DNA from: Bacteroidales bacterium
GTDB taxonomy: Bacteria; Bacteroidota; Bacteroidia; Bacteroidales; Paludibacteraceae
Length of the DNA stretch: 64,000 bases
Reading direction: 5' to 3'
Assembly: GCA_004557405.1 (NCBI GenBank)
Contig: SFDZ01000009.1
Span: forward strand, 15,014 to 79,013
Of the stretch, positions 18,859 to 27,010 are shown piece by piece. The notes under the pieces are model-generated. The model searched no databases, had not been told where the DNA came from, and saw only the letters and a list, made by a program, of their open reading frames with translations. The translations under genes were made by a program, and so were the position numbers. The stretch's first letter is position 1. Each line of letters starts with the position of its first letter.

Positions 18859-19434
18859 CTAATCTAAGGATTCGGGTTCGTCTTCGTCTGTACTTTCAGC
18901 GACAGAAGCATCGAAAGCCAAAAAGACTTCGAGAAAAGCGGTCTCGCGGTAGAAAAAGTTGGGGTCATCAGTCAGTTTGTCCTCCATAAAATGGAACCCC
19001 CAGTTGGCGTATTCCTCCATTGTCTGCATCAGCATATCAACGGCTTTCCGCGGTGTCATTTCGCCTTTTTCAAGAGCGATGAAATCAATATCGGTGCGGG
19101 CGACAAGGGCAGTGAAAATGTACTCACGTAGTTTAGGGTAGGCTTTTCGCCCTTTTACAGAATCCAAATTGCCCCAATACTGGATGGGCTGGCCGAAAGT
19201 CTTGCGTTTTTGCGTGTCTTCTATAAGCGGTCGTTTTTGGTTGAAATACAGCCCTATAAAAAATGCCACAATAAATATTTCATAACCACCGCCAAAGACT
19301 TTGCCTCTGTCTTCGCGTAAAGATGTCGCACCACGACCGTAATCGCAAAAGTTCTTGATGATACTGTCCTCGTATCTCTTTTCCCATTGCGGGTTTCGGG
19401 CTGCCCACAAATCATATATCTTTTCTGCTGCCAT
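18859..19434 (-). CDS. Hypothetical 191-aa protein with an acidic C-terminal tail (last gene of the island operon)
   Basis: ATG 19434, 6 nt after the stop of the SMC-like gene. I recognise no motif with certainty. It may correspond to a small dnd-associated protein family (to be tested). The tail is SVAESTDEDEPESLD. Confidence 0.6.
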   Translation of the reverse strand: MAAEKIYDLWAARNPQWEKRYEDSIIKNFCDYGRGATSLREDRGKVFGGGYEIFIVAFFIGLYFNQKRPLIEDTQKRKTFGQPIQYWGNLDSVKGRKAYPKLREYIFTALVARTDIDFIALEKGEMTPRKAVDMLMQTMEEYANWGFHFMEDKLTDDPNFFYRETAFLEVFLAFDASVAESTDEDEPESLD

Positions 19435-19440
19435 AATTCG

Positions 19441-21615
19441 TTATCTTATTTGTGTAACAATCGTTTGAATGGTTGATAAATCCTTATCGTTGAAAGGCTC
19501 GACTTTCTCAATCCGATAAACAGAACAAGAAAGTTTATTGATTGTATCGAAATCCAATGCCTTTTGTCCTGTTGCCTTGTCGATGTTTAGCAAATCTTTC
19601 GTAACGATAACACATTGCTTGTCAATGGTATCTATCACATTGTAGAATGTATCTTCCTTGAAACCACCGAATGAAGATGTTGGCGCATCAAAAATCAATG
19701 GGTAATCCTGCTCACGTTTCAAAGTTGTGATTTGGGAAATGGCAAACAGAACCGACATATACATTGTTGTCTTCAATGCACCGTTTGGATTCTCAATGCG
19801 TGTGCCGTTGTCGCTGTATAGTTCGATACGTGCGGAATTGTTGATGGTTTTTCTGATTCGGATTATACCGTAGAAGTCGTTTTTGTTCAACTTCTGTAAA
19901 TACTTGTTCGATTCGGTTTCAAGCATTTGCAGGAAGTTGTTGATGTTTTGCTCTTTTGCGTTTGCAAATGCTTTGGTTATTCGTTCAAATGCGGTGTGAA
20001 CACGCTGATAAACCTGTGTCATTGAACTTGTTGGTTCAAGTTGCGACAATTTTTCTTGTATTTCAGCCCTCGCACTCTCCTTGAATTTCAATGTGGTTTC
20101 CAATTCAGAGACACGGCTTTCCGCACGGCTTTTAGCGTCAAAGAAGCCTCTCAAATCGGATATGCTCTTGTCAAGCAGTTCCGCACTTAACCCCGATTGC
20201 ATCAGCAAATCGTTTTGTTCTGTTTCTAATTCTTGCAACTGTTTTTCCACTTCTGCCAACTCGGCTTTTCTTTTAGTGACAAATTCCAAACGGTCGGAAA
20301 TGGTAGTCGCAATCTTTGAAATCTCTTGCTCTGTGTCTCCACTCAATTTGATTTGGCGAGAATGCAATTCATTGATGAATGAATTGGGAAACAGCGGCTT
20401 ATCGTCCTCTTCATTTGTGCCTGAATTTTTATTGGCCTCCGCTGCTATATGGGCAAGATATTCATTCAGTTTGTTGCACATAAACTCGTAAGCCTCCGAA
20501 CCTTTGGGGGCTGGGCGACCGCAGACTTTGCAGATTTCATCGTCAATCATTTCTTTCATTGTAGCCTCATCGGGCAAATTCCACGGCAAAGGAACAGCAT
20601 CATTGGCAAGTTTCTGGATTTTTGAGATAGCCTCACGTTCTCCAGCCTCTTTTGCTCTGCGTTCTGTTTCCTGCTTGTCAAGTCTTCGTTTTTCTTTGCT
20701 CAAAGCAGAGACTTTTGTGGAAAACTCTTTTATGATTGCAGGGAAGGAACGCAGAATCCAATATTCGTCCAACAGATTGGTGCTATACTCGCACGATGAC
20801 CATGCAACCAACTTCGCCCGTTTGTCTTTCAGCCCTTTGATGCGCTCTTTTATGGCTTGGTAGCGTTCCGATGTTTCTTGGTTCTTTTCCAATAATTCCA
20901 ACTTTGAGGAGAACTCGTTGATGGAAACTTTCTTTTGATTAAGTTCCGTTTTGAGGTTCTGAATATCGTTTGTAACATCATTCAGTTGCGTATTCAGTTC
21001 TTTTGCCTGATTAGATACCCTCTTGTCGTTTTGCAATTCTCGGTTTGACGCATTGGCTGATTTCTGTTCGAAATTTGATGTCATTTCTACCAACTCATCA
21101 AATTGTCTGATGCCCGAGAAAGTATCAACCAAAGTTTTCAATGCCGTATCATTGTCGAATACATTGAGTTCATTTTCGCCCTTGAACAAACAATACTTAC
21201 GAATGACAGGCTCGAAACATATATTCAAAAGCCTGTCGCCTGCGGTGAAATGGCGTTCGGCTCCTTCAATGAAATAACCAGAAAATTTGTAACCCCTTGT
21301 GCGGTATTCCGAATCAGATATTCTTTCAAAGGTGAAACTTTTCTCAATCTCCTTCTCGCCGTCGTGCTCAAACGTTATGCTGACAGAAACCTCATCGGAC
21401 TCACCAATTTCCAATTCTGATTTGCGTTTTTCGGAAATGTGTGAATCTTTTCGGTTCTCGCCTGTTGTGTCGAACAGCCATTCCAACGCCTCAAACAAGG
21501 TCGTTTTGCCATCACCATTATCTCCGATTACCAAAGTCAGACCTTTTGATAATGAAAGGTGATTGCTTCCATAGTAACTGCGGAAGTTGTTTATTTTTAT
21601 ATCTTTGATAATCAT
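19441..21615 (-). CDS. SMC/Rad50/DndD-like ABC-type ATPase with a central CxxC (zinc-hook-like) motif
   Basis: 724 aa. N-terminus IKINNFRSYYG...LTLVIGDNGDGKTTLFEALEWLF (Walker A, aa 31-39). About 400 aa of coiled-coil-type sequence with CKVC at aa 362-365, the exact midpoint. C-terminus YPLIFDAPTSSFG (Walker B / D-loop). Confidence 0.75.
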   Translation of the reverse strand: MIIKDIKINNFRSYYGSNHLSLSKGLTLVIGDNGDGKTTLFEALEWLFDTTGENRKDSHISEKRKSELEIGESDEVSVSITFEHDGEKEIEKSFTFERISDSEYRTRGYKFSGYFIEGAERHFTAGDRLLNICFEPVIRKYCLFKGENELNVFDNDTALKTLVDTFSGIRQFDELVEMTSNFEQKSANASNRELQNDKRVSNQAKELNTQLNDVTNDIQNLKTELNQKKVSINEFSSKLELLEKNQETSERYQAIKERIKGLKDKRAKLVAWSSCEYSTNLLDEYWILRSFPAIIKEFSTKVSALSKEKRRLDKQETERRAKEAGEREAISKIQKLANDAVPLPWNLPDEATMKEMIDDEICKVCGRPAPKGSEAYEFMCNKLNEYLAHIAAEANKNSGTNEEDDKPLFPNSFINELHSRQIKLSGDTEQEISKIATTISDRLEFVTKRKAELAEVEKQLQELETEQNDLLMQSGLSAELLDKSISDLRGFFDAKSRAESRVSELETTLKFKESARAEIQEKLSQLEPTSSMTQVYQRVHTAFERITKAFANAKEQNINNFLQMLETESNKYLQKLNKNDFYGIIRIRKTINNSARIELYSDNGTRIENPNGALKTTMYMSVLFAISQITTLKREQDYPLIFDAPTSSFGGFKEDTFYNVIDTIDKQCVIVTKDLLNIDKATGQKALDFDTINKLSCSVYRIEKVEPFNDKDLSTIQTIVTQIR

Positions 21616-21845
21616 ATATTTGATTTTAGAAAATTACTAACCTCGTTGTAGATTTCCCTTTCTGTTGCTTTTTGCTCATTTCGATTGATGATTTGAGCAA
21701 TGGCTTTAATTACAGGAATATCAGAATCCAAAGCGTCTGAAATTGAACTGTAATCATCGGGATTATAGCCATAGAAATTTATAAGCTGCTCATCAGCAAT
21801 CACAGCTTGCAAAATCTTATCTCCGTTGGTTTGATACGTATTCAT
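21612..21845 (-). CDS. Hypothetical 77-aa protein, translationally coupled (ATGA) to the SMC-like ATPase
   Basis: ATG 21845 lies 6 nt after the helicase stop, and its stop overlaps the ATG of the next gene. No recognisable motif. Very AT-rich. Confidence 0.55.
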   Translation of the reverse strand: MNTYQTNGDKILQAVIADEQLINFYGYNPDDYSSISDALDSDIPVIKAIAQIINRNEQKATEREIYNEVSNFLKSNI

Positions 21846-21851
21846 ATTGCA

Positions 21852-24128
21852 CTAATTAAATATGGATAGATTATAATGATTCAATACTTCTTGCAGTTCG
21901 TTGTCGGTATCATTCAGATTCTCTGACAACAAAGCAAAATCACGAACACGCCTCAACTCGCTTTGCACAAAGCTTTTCTCCAAAGCATAACATTCTTCAT
22001 CAAATACATTGTCAGGTATTACGATGAGGTCGTGAATGATGGCAAAACGCTTATCCTTGTGCGTGCGAAGAACACGACCACGGCGTTGAATGAATTGGCG
22101 TGGGTTTCCCGTGCTTGCGCAGAAAATAGCCAGTTCGCTTCGTGGCACATCAACACCTTCATCAAGGCACTTCATTGAGGTAAGCACATCAATGCTTCCA
22201 TCGGCAAACCCTTTGAGCATTGCATCACGGTCTGTCGATTCGGAAGTGAACTGACGGACAATGATATGGGAATCCATATCACGAACAATGCGAGTGAAGT
22301 CGTCAATCAGATGTTCGGTTTCGGGGTCGGACGCGATAGTGTCGGAATGGTCGAAAATATCAGCCTCGAAATTATCGGGCTTGTTGCCTTCGGGAACATA
22401 GACCAACGTGTATTTCAGACTGCCTTTTTCTTCCATACGCTGCCGAACAATTTCCTGAAAAGCGGATAACTTGTTGGCGGCTTTGTGAATGATGCGTTTG
22501 CGTTTCAGCAAAAGCATTTTCAATCGTTCCTGGCTTTCATCGTCACGGAAGCCCATTATTTTGACTATCTTCTTTGAAAGTTCAACATATTCAGCCATCT
22601 CGTTTTCAGTCAGGCGAACAATGTGTGGATAATAGTAATATCGGCACAAAGCCCCATTCTGAATGGCTTCAGCCATTGAATATTCGAAAGTGTAACTGTC
22701 AGAACAGCCAAAGAAATCCATCAGTTTGCGGTTGCCCGTATCGTCAAACTGTCGTTCGGGTGTTGCAGAGAGCCCAATGCGACGCAAATATTTTATGTCC
22801 GAAAGGCGTTGAGCCATCAAGCCACCGCCCATATTGTGAGCCTCGTCAGCGACAAGCAATAGTTTGTTTTTGGGGAATTGGTTCAATTCCATAAAAACAT
22901 TGGAACGGACAAACGAAGCGTAAGTTGATATGATTATGTAAGACAAATCGTTGTCGGCGTTTGTCATTTCAAGTAAGCGAAGATTGGCAACCGCCGATTT
23001 CCAATTGTTATACTTTGAGCAAACTTTTATAATGGTGCTGAAATTAAACTTTTTACATTCAATTTCCCATTGTTCGACAAGTGTAATGGTTGGAACAAGG
23101 ATAATGGCTTTGTAGTAGCCCAACTTGTTGTATATCTCAAGCAGACAGTTCAGTGAGGTAATGGTTTTGCCAGTACCTGTTGCCATTGCGAACAAGCCTT
23201 TCTGTTGGTTGCTCTTCCAATTCTCGAATGCTTGTTTCTGATATTCACGCGGACCAGATTCGTATGGGAAACGAGGCTTGCCAAAGTCAATTGGGGTGAC
23301 TTCTTCGCCTTTGGTCTTGAGTTTTTCAATTTCAACCTCAACTTTGTTCTTGGCTTTCTCCAGTGCCTTAATCACAGATTTGGGCAATGACTTATCAGCA
23401 ATATCCTGTTGGATAAATTTGTACTCATCTTCAAGCAAATCTTTCAATTCCTTGTTTTTGAACGATTCGGCAATATGTGTTTTCACTCTGTCGGTCGGAA
23501 CAAAAACGACATTTTCATCTTTGCCCGTAAAAACAAGTTCAAATTCTCCGCTGATTTTGTTTATTGTAGCAGACGCTGGATTGCCGTCCCAATCGCAGAA
23601 CGCCGTGAGGCTTTCAATGTTGTCAATCAATGCCGACCGTGAAAAGTTGCAAGAGCCATCGAAGCCGACCTTGTTCACGCCATCGCTGAAAATGCCTGTC
23701 TTTGTGTGAGAAATGCCAATGCCGTCTTTGGGTGCAACGATTCTAATATCAAGCCGATTGTTGCGAATGAGCCACGCAAGGCAATCGAAGAAGTGTGCAT
23801 CACGCTCTGAAAGAGTGTTTCTCAGTTTCTCAATGTCTGTAATATCAAAGAAAGGAATTGGCGTGTCAAGTTCTCCGTTGGCAATGGCGTTTTTATCCTG
23901 CTCGGTAAGGATGTCGTTTACAATCAGATTCATACGACCGCCATTATAAAGGAATGAAGCAAAACCATCAGCCAATACATTGATAGCTGAAGAAGAGAAG
24001 AAGCCCAACATCAAATTGAACTGTGTGGCATTACACAGACAATCAGCGAAGAAACCGATAGGCTCCCACTCTGTCCGCGATTTGAAATGGCGGTGTGCTG
24101 GAAATGAGACTTCTTTGAGCATGATCAC
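21852..24128 (-). CDS. PLD-family (HKD) nuclease domain fused to an SF2 DEAH helicase (ResIII-type)
   Basis: 758 aa from GTG 24128 (GTGA overlap with the DGQHR gene) or 756 aa from ATG 24122. HKD motif ISHTKTGIFSDGVNKVGFDGSCNFS. Helicase motif I FAMATGTGKTITS, II LLLVADEAHNMG, III GLSATP, VI FIQRRGRVLR. Confidence 0.8.
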   Translation of the reverse strand: MIMLKEVSFPAHRHFKSRTEWEPIGFFADCLCNATQFNLMLGFFSSSAINVLADGFASFLYNGGRMNLIVNDILTEQDKNAIANGELDTPIPFFDITDIEKLRNTLSERDAHFFDCLAWLIRNNRLDIRIVAPKDGIGISHTKTGIFSDGVNKVGFDGSCNFSRSALIDNIESLTAFCDWDGNPASATINKISGEFELVFTGKDENVVFVPTDRVKTHIAESFKNKELKDLLEDEYKFIQQDIADKSLPKSVIKALEKAKNKVEVEIEKLKTKGEEVTPIDFGKPRFPYESGPREYQKQAFENWKSNQQKGLFAMATGTGKTITSLNCLLEIYNKLGYYKAIILVPTITLVEQWEIECKKFNFSTIIKVCSKYNNWKSAVANLRLLEMTNADNDLSYIIISTYASFVRSNVFMELNQFPKNKLLLVADEAHNMGGGLMAQRLSDIKYLRRIGLSATPERQFDDTGNRKLMDFFGCSDSYTFEYSMAEAIQNGALCRYYYYPHIVRLTENEMAEYVELSKKIVKIMGFRDDESQERLKMLLLKRKRIIHKAANKLSAFQEIVRQRMEEKGSLKYTLVYVPEGNKPDNFEADIFDHSDTIASDPETEHLIDDFTRIVRDMDSHIIVRQFTSESTDRDAMLKGFADGSIDVLTSMKCLDEGVDVPRSELAIFCASTGNPRQFIQRRGRVLRTHKDKRFAIIHDLIVIPDNVFDEECYALEKSFVQSELRRVRDFALLSENLNDTDNELQEVLNHYNLSIFN

Positions 24129-25378
24129 AACGTTATTTCTGATATTCGTCGTTCTGCTTCCTGTAAATCAATATTGAATATCGTCGCATATTTGCTCTTC
24201 ATAGAACTTTTTTCTTTTTCAGTCAAAAGATTTATGTCTATCATTTTAATCAATAGGTAATAAACCAATGACTGATTTCTCATAATCATTTTTTTTGTTC
24301 TTGGATTCCATAAAATCATATCCCAAATATCTGAATGGACACACCGATTCAAATTGGTATAATTTTTTATTATCTCATCAATTGAATTAGTAGTTGTTAT
24401 GGATATTCTTGAGACAGCCTCAACAAATGGCAACAAACCTATTGGGCGGAAAAACAAGTTTCCTCCATTCTCACTAGAACGTAACTCTTCGGCAGGATTG
24501 TTAGAATTGTCATTAATGTAATTATTAATCTCATTAAATGTGGATTTCATACAATTCCAGAACTGTATCAAATAATCATTAAATTCATTGATAATTTCTT
24601 CTTCAGGTCTGTATTTTAGTTTATCATTGATTTGAGAATTATTGTAGGTTTTCCCATCTTTTTGGCTTATAAATGTTTTATATAATACCAAGTGACATTG
24701 ATACAATGTCATAAGCGATGTGAATGCTTCTTTGTCTGATTGTGGCATTGCTTTGCTGTTGCTAATTTTAATTCTATTACCCATAAATAAAGGATAGGAC
24801 TCCAACAATTCACGAGTTACTATAGCAACAATGTCGTCTTCATCAAGAGCAATAATATCCCCTAAACGAACAGGTTTGACATACCTGTTAAGCGTAGAGA
24901 AGATTCTTCTTGATTTTTCCCTGCCTACTGGTGTATTTTGATGACCAATAAGCATCACACTAATGGTTTCTCTGCCCAACTCTTCGTTTTCAATTAATGC
25001 AGCTCTGATTCCTTCAACTCTATGCTGACCATCAACAGGGAATATTTTTTCTTGTCCTGTAAATTCTAGCAATCCGACGTTATGATAAGGATTGTTCTCT
25101 ATTTCAAATCGAACTTCTGTCCACATTGGTTCCCCGTCATAAACTGCAAGAACAAGACTATCAAAAAAACGGTCTTCACGTTTTAGAATGTATTCTTTTA
25201 TCTTGATAAAATTATCTGTAAGAGAACGTTGGATTTGTTCTTTTAAAGAATTTGCAGTGTGTAATTCATCATCTACTTTTCTTACCATTGTACTAATTTG
25301 TCTAAAAGTCAAAGTAGTAGAATAGTAAACGGTATTGCCTATCTTTCCTCTTATGGCAGGTATTTTTATTGCTTCCAT
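24125..25378 (-). CDS. DGQHR-domain protein (DndB-like, ParB/Srx fold)
   Basis: 417 aa. IFPVDGQHRVEGIRAAL (DGQHR at aa 116-120), followed by RRIFSTLNRYVKPV, as in DndB/DGQHR families. About 30% GC. Confidence 0.8.
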   Translation of the reverse strand: MEAIKIPAIRGKIGNTVYYSTTLTFRQISTMVRKVDDELHTANSLKEQIQRSLTDNFIKIKEYILKREDRFFDSLVLAVYDGEPMWTEVRFEIENNPYHNVGLLEFTGQEKIFPVDGQHRVEGIRAALIENEELGRETISVMLIGHQNTPVGREKSRRIFSTLNRYVKPVRLGDIIALDEDDIVAIVTRELLESYPLFMGNRIKISNSKAMPQSDKEAFTSLMTLYQCHLVLYKTFISQKDGKTYNNSQINDKLKYRPEEEIINEFNDYLIQFWNCMKSTFNEINNYINDNSNNPAEELRSSENGGNLFFRPIGLLPFVEAVSRISITTTNSIDEIIKNYTNLNRCVHSDIWDMILWNPRTKKMIMRNQSLVYYLLIKMIDINLLTEKEKSSMKSKYATIFNIDLQEAERRISEITL

Positions 25379-25380
25379 AA

Positions 25381-25905
25381 CTAAAATGCATTAATTGGTT
25401 CTTGGACTTCTATTTTATCTGGTATTTCAGAATTAAAAGGCGGTCTAATCGCTCTAATAAGAGCAACCTCATTTTTATCTATTATGTCATTATTCGTTTC
25501 TGGATAATAACGATAAAACAAATAATCTTTCCAATACTTTTTCATTCTTACAATTTCTGTTCTGGAATTATCGGAATCATACTCTTTAGCACGTTTACGA
25601 ATATATTGTTTCCCCTCGGAATAGTGGCATCTTCCAATATATACAATGTATTTTTCAATAAACGGAAGATTAATACCTTTAAGATAAAACATATATACAC
25701 CACCTGTATTCGTCGGTAGATTATTAATATCTTCAGAAACAATGCTACCTTCATAATACTTTATTTCTTTTGACCAATGAGCTTCCTCAACTATGGGATT
25801 AGCATTGTCAATCTTATTGTCAACCCAATGTTTAGGATTGTGATAATAAGTTATATCATATAACTTATCCTCATCATTTTCATTTATGAATGCGTTAATT
25901 CTCAT
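25381..25905 (-). CDS. GIY-YIG-like nuclease domain protein
   Basis: ORF 25381..26010 trimmed to ATG 25905 (1 nt after the PAPS-reductase-family stop). GGVYMFYLKG ... KYIVYIGRC ... IRKRAKEY ... NEVALIRAIRPPFN reproduces the GIY / YIG / R / E..li....P.fN pattern. Confidence 0.6.
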   Translation of the reverse strand: MRINAFINENDEDKLYDITYYHNPKHWVDNKIDNANPIVEEAHWSKEIKYYEGSIVSEDINNLPTNTGGVYMFYLKGINLPFIEKYIVYIGRCHYSEGKQYIRKRAKEYDSDNSRTEIVRMKKYWKDYLFYRYYPETNNDIIDKNEVALIRAIRPPFNSEIPDKIEVQEPINAF

Positions 25906-25906
25906 A

Positions 25907-27010
25907 TCATATAAAACAATTAGCACACATAATTTCATCGCCAAGAACATCAACAAGCGTTGTTCCTTTGCTTTGCTTGCGGTTTTCTTCCTGACGCTTA
26001 ATAATGTCAAGCTTTATTTGGCGTACACGTTCGGGATTGCATAATTCAGCCAAACTCTCGTTTTGATTCCATGTATAGCCATCTTTTTCAAACTCCATTG
26101 CTTGTCGATATAAATCAGGGTGTTGCTCGTAGAGCCAAATCCATTCTATCTTCTGTTGGAAAAAACAGAAATAGCAACCTGAACGGCTACGGCAATATGT
26201 TCCTACTTTCCCATCTACTTCAAATGGAATTTCCTCATAATATGCTGGAACGCCTACGCCACTTTCTCGAAGCAATCGGAAAATGTCTTCTTTCACAAGA
26301 ACATCAGTGTTGTCAAGCAACGGAAAATCATCCAATTTGCCTACAGGGTAGTCTGTGGTTTTCAAAAAAGCGAACACAACTTTATTGAATAGTTTTATGT
26401 CAAAATCCAACAGGGCATTCAGTTTTTTTGAATAATAAAACTGCTTTGTTATTTGTTTAGTGACAGTTTCCATAAGCTCGTCTTTCATAAAGTTGTTGGG
26501 GCATAGCAAATCGTACAATGAAACAAACTGCTCCAAGTTGTCGTTATGCAACACTTTGTTTATCACATCAAGGCTCCAAATGTTTCTTCTGAAAGGAAAC
26601 ACCGCCTGAATGTTCGGCTTTGACGATATGTAACCGTCGCGGTCCTCGTCGCCACGAATGCCAACGTATGAGATTGCCAAATCGTCGCCAACATACTTTT
26701 CAAACTCTGCTAGTTTCATCTTCTGTGTGCACCAGCGAGCTTGAGGCGAAGGCAAGAATCCTCCTGCGGCTTTCAAAAAATGGTGGAACGGTGTGGGTTC
26801 GGAACTGCCCTCGGCCGCCCGCAGTCTTACAATTTTTCCCAAATAGGTTTCGAGCCTTCGGATAAGCACCTCGGTTTCCTCCAACTCACAACCTGTGTCC
26901 GAATTGTAGTATTCAATCTTCAGATTCGGATATTTCTGTTTCAAGTATATGGAAAGAGCGGCGCTATCTTTCCCGCCTGATATTCCTAATATGTGTCTTA
27001 CGTTGGTCAT
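25907..27010 (-). CDS. PP-loop ATP pyrophosphatase of the PAPS-reductase family (SspD/DndC-like)
   Basis: 367 aa. ILGISGGKDSAALSIYL (SGGKDS at aa 11-16). C-terminal cysteine cluster CRSRSGCYFCFF. ATGA overlap with the upstream YhcG gene. Confidence 0.8.
   Translation of the reverse strand: MTNVRHILGISGGKDSAALSIYLKQKYPNLKIEYYNSDTGCELEETEVLIRRLETYLGKIVRLRAAEGSSEPTPFHHFLKAAGGFLPSPQARWCTQKMKLAEFEKYVGDDLAISYVGIRGDEDRDGYISSKPNIQAVFPFRRNIWSLDVINKVLHNDNLEQFVSLYDLLCPNNFMKDELMETVTKQITKQFYYSKKLNALLDFDIKLFNKVVFAFLKTTDYPVGKLDDFPLLDNTDVLVKEDIFRLLRESGVGVPAYYEEIPFEVDGKVGTYCRSRSGCYFCFFQQKIEWIWLYEQHPDLYRQAMEFEKDGYTWNQNESLAELCNPERVRQIKLDIIKRQEENRKQSKGTTLVDVLGDEIMCANCFI

Noticed and set aside
18850-18861. Possible att-like direct repeat flanking the island: TGCGTGAAACTA (18850-18861) and TGCGTGATAAACTA (32371-32384).
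   Set aside because: It is only a 12/14 match with a 2-nt indel. The right copy lies beyond the dnaK terminator, inside the dnaK 3' UTR, so using it as a boundary would make the dnaK terminator part of the island. No integrase is present. I treat it as chance similarity.
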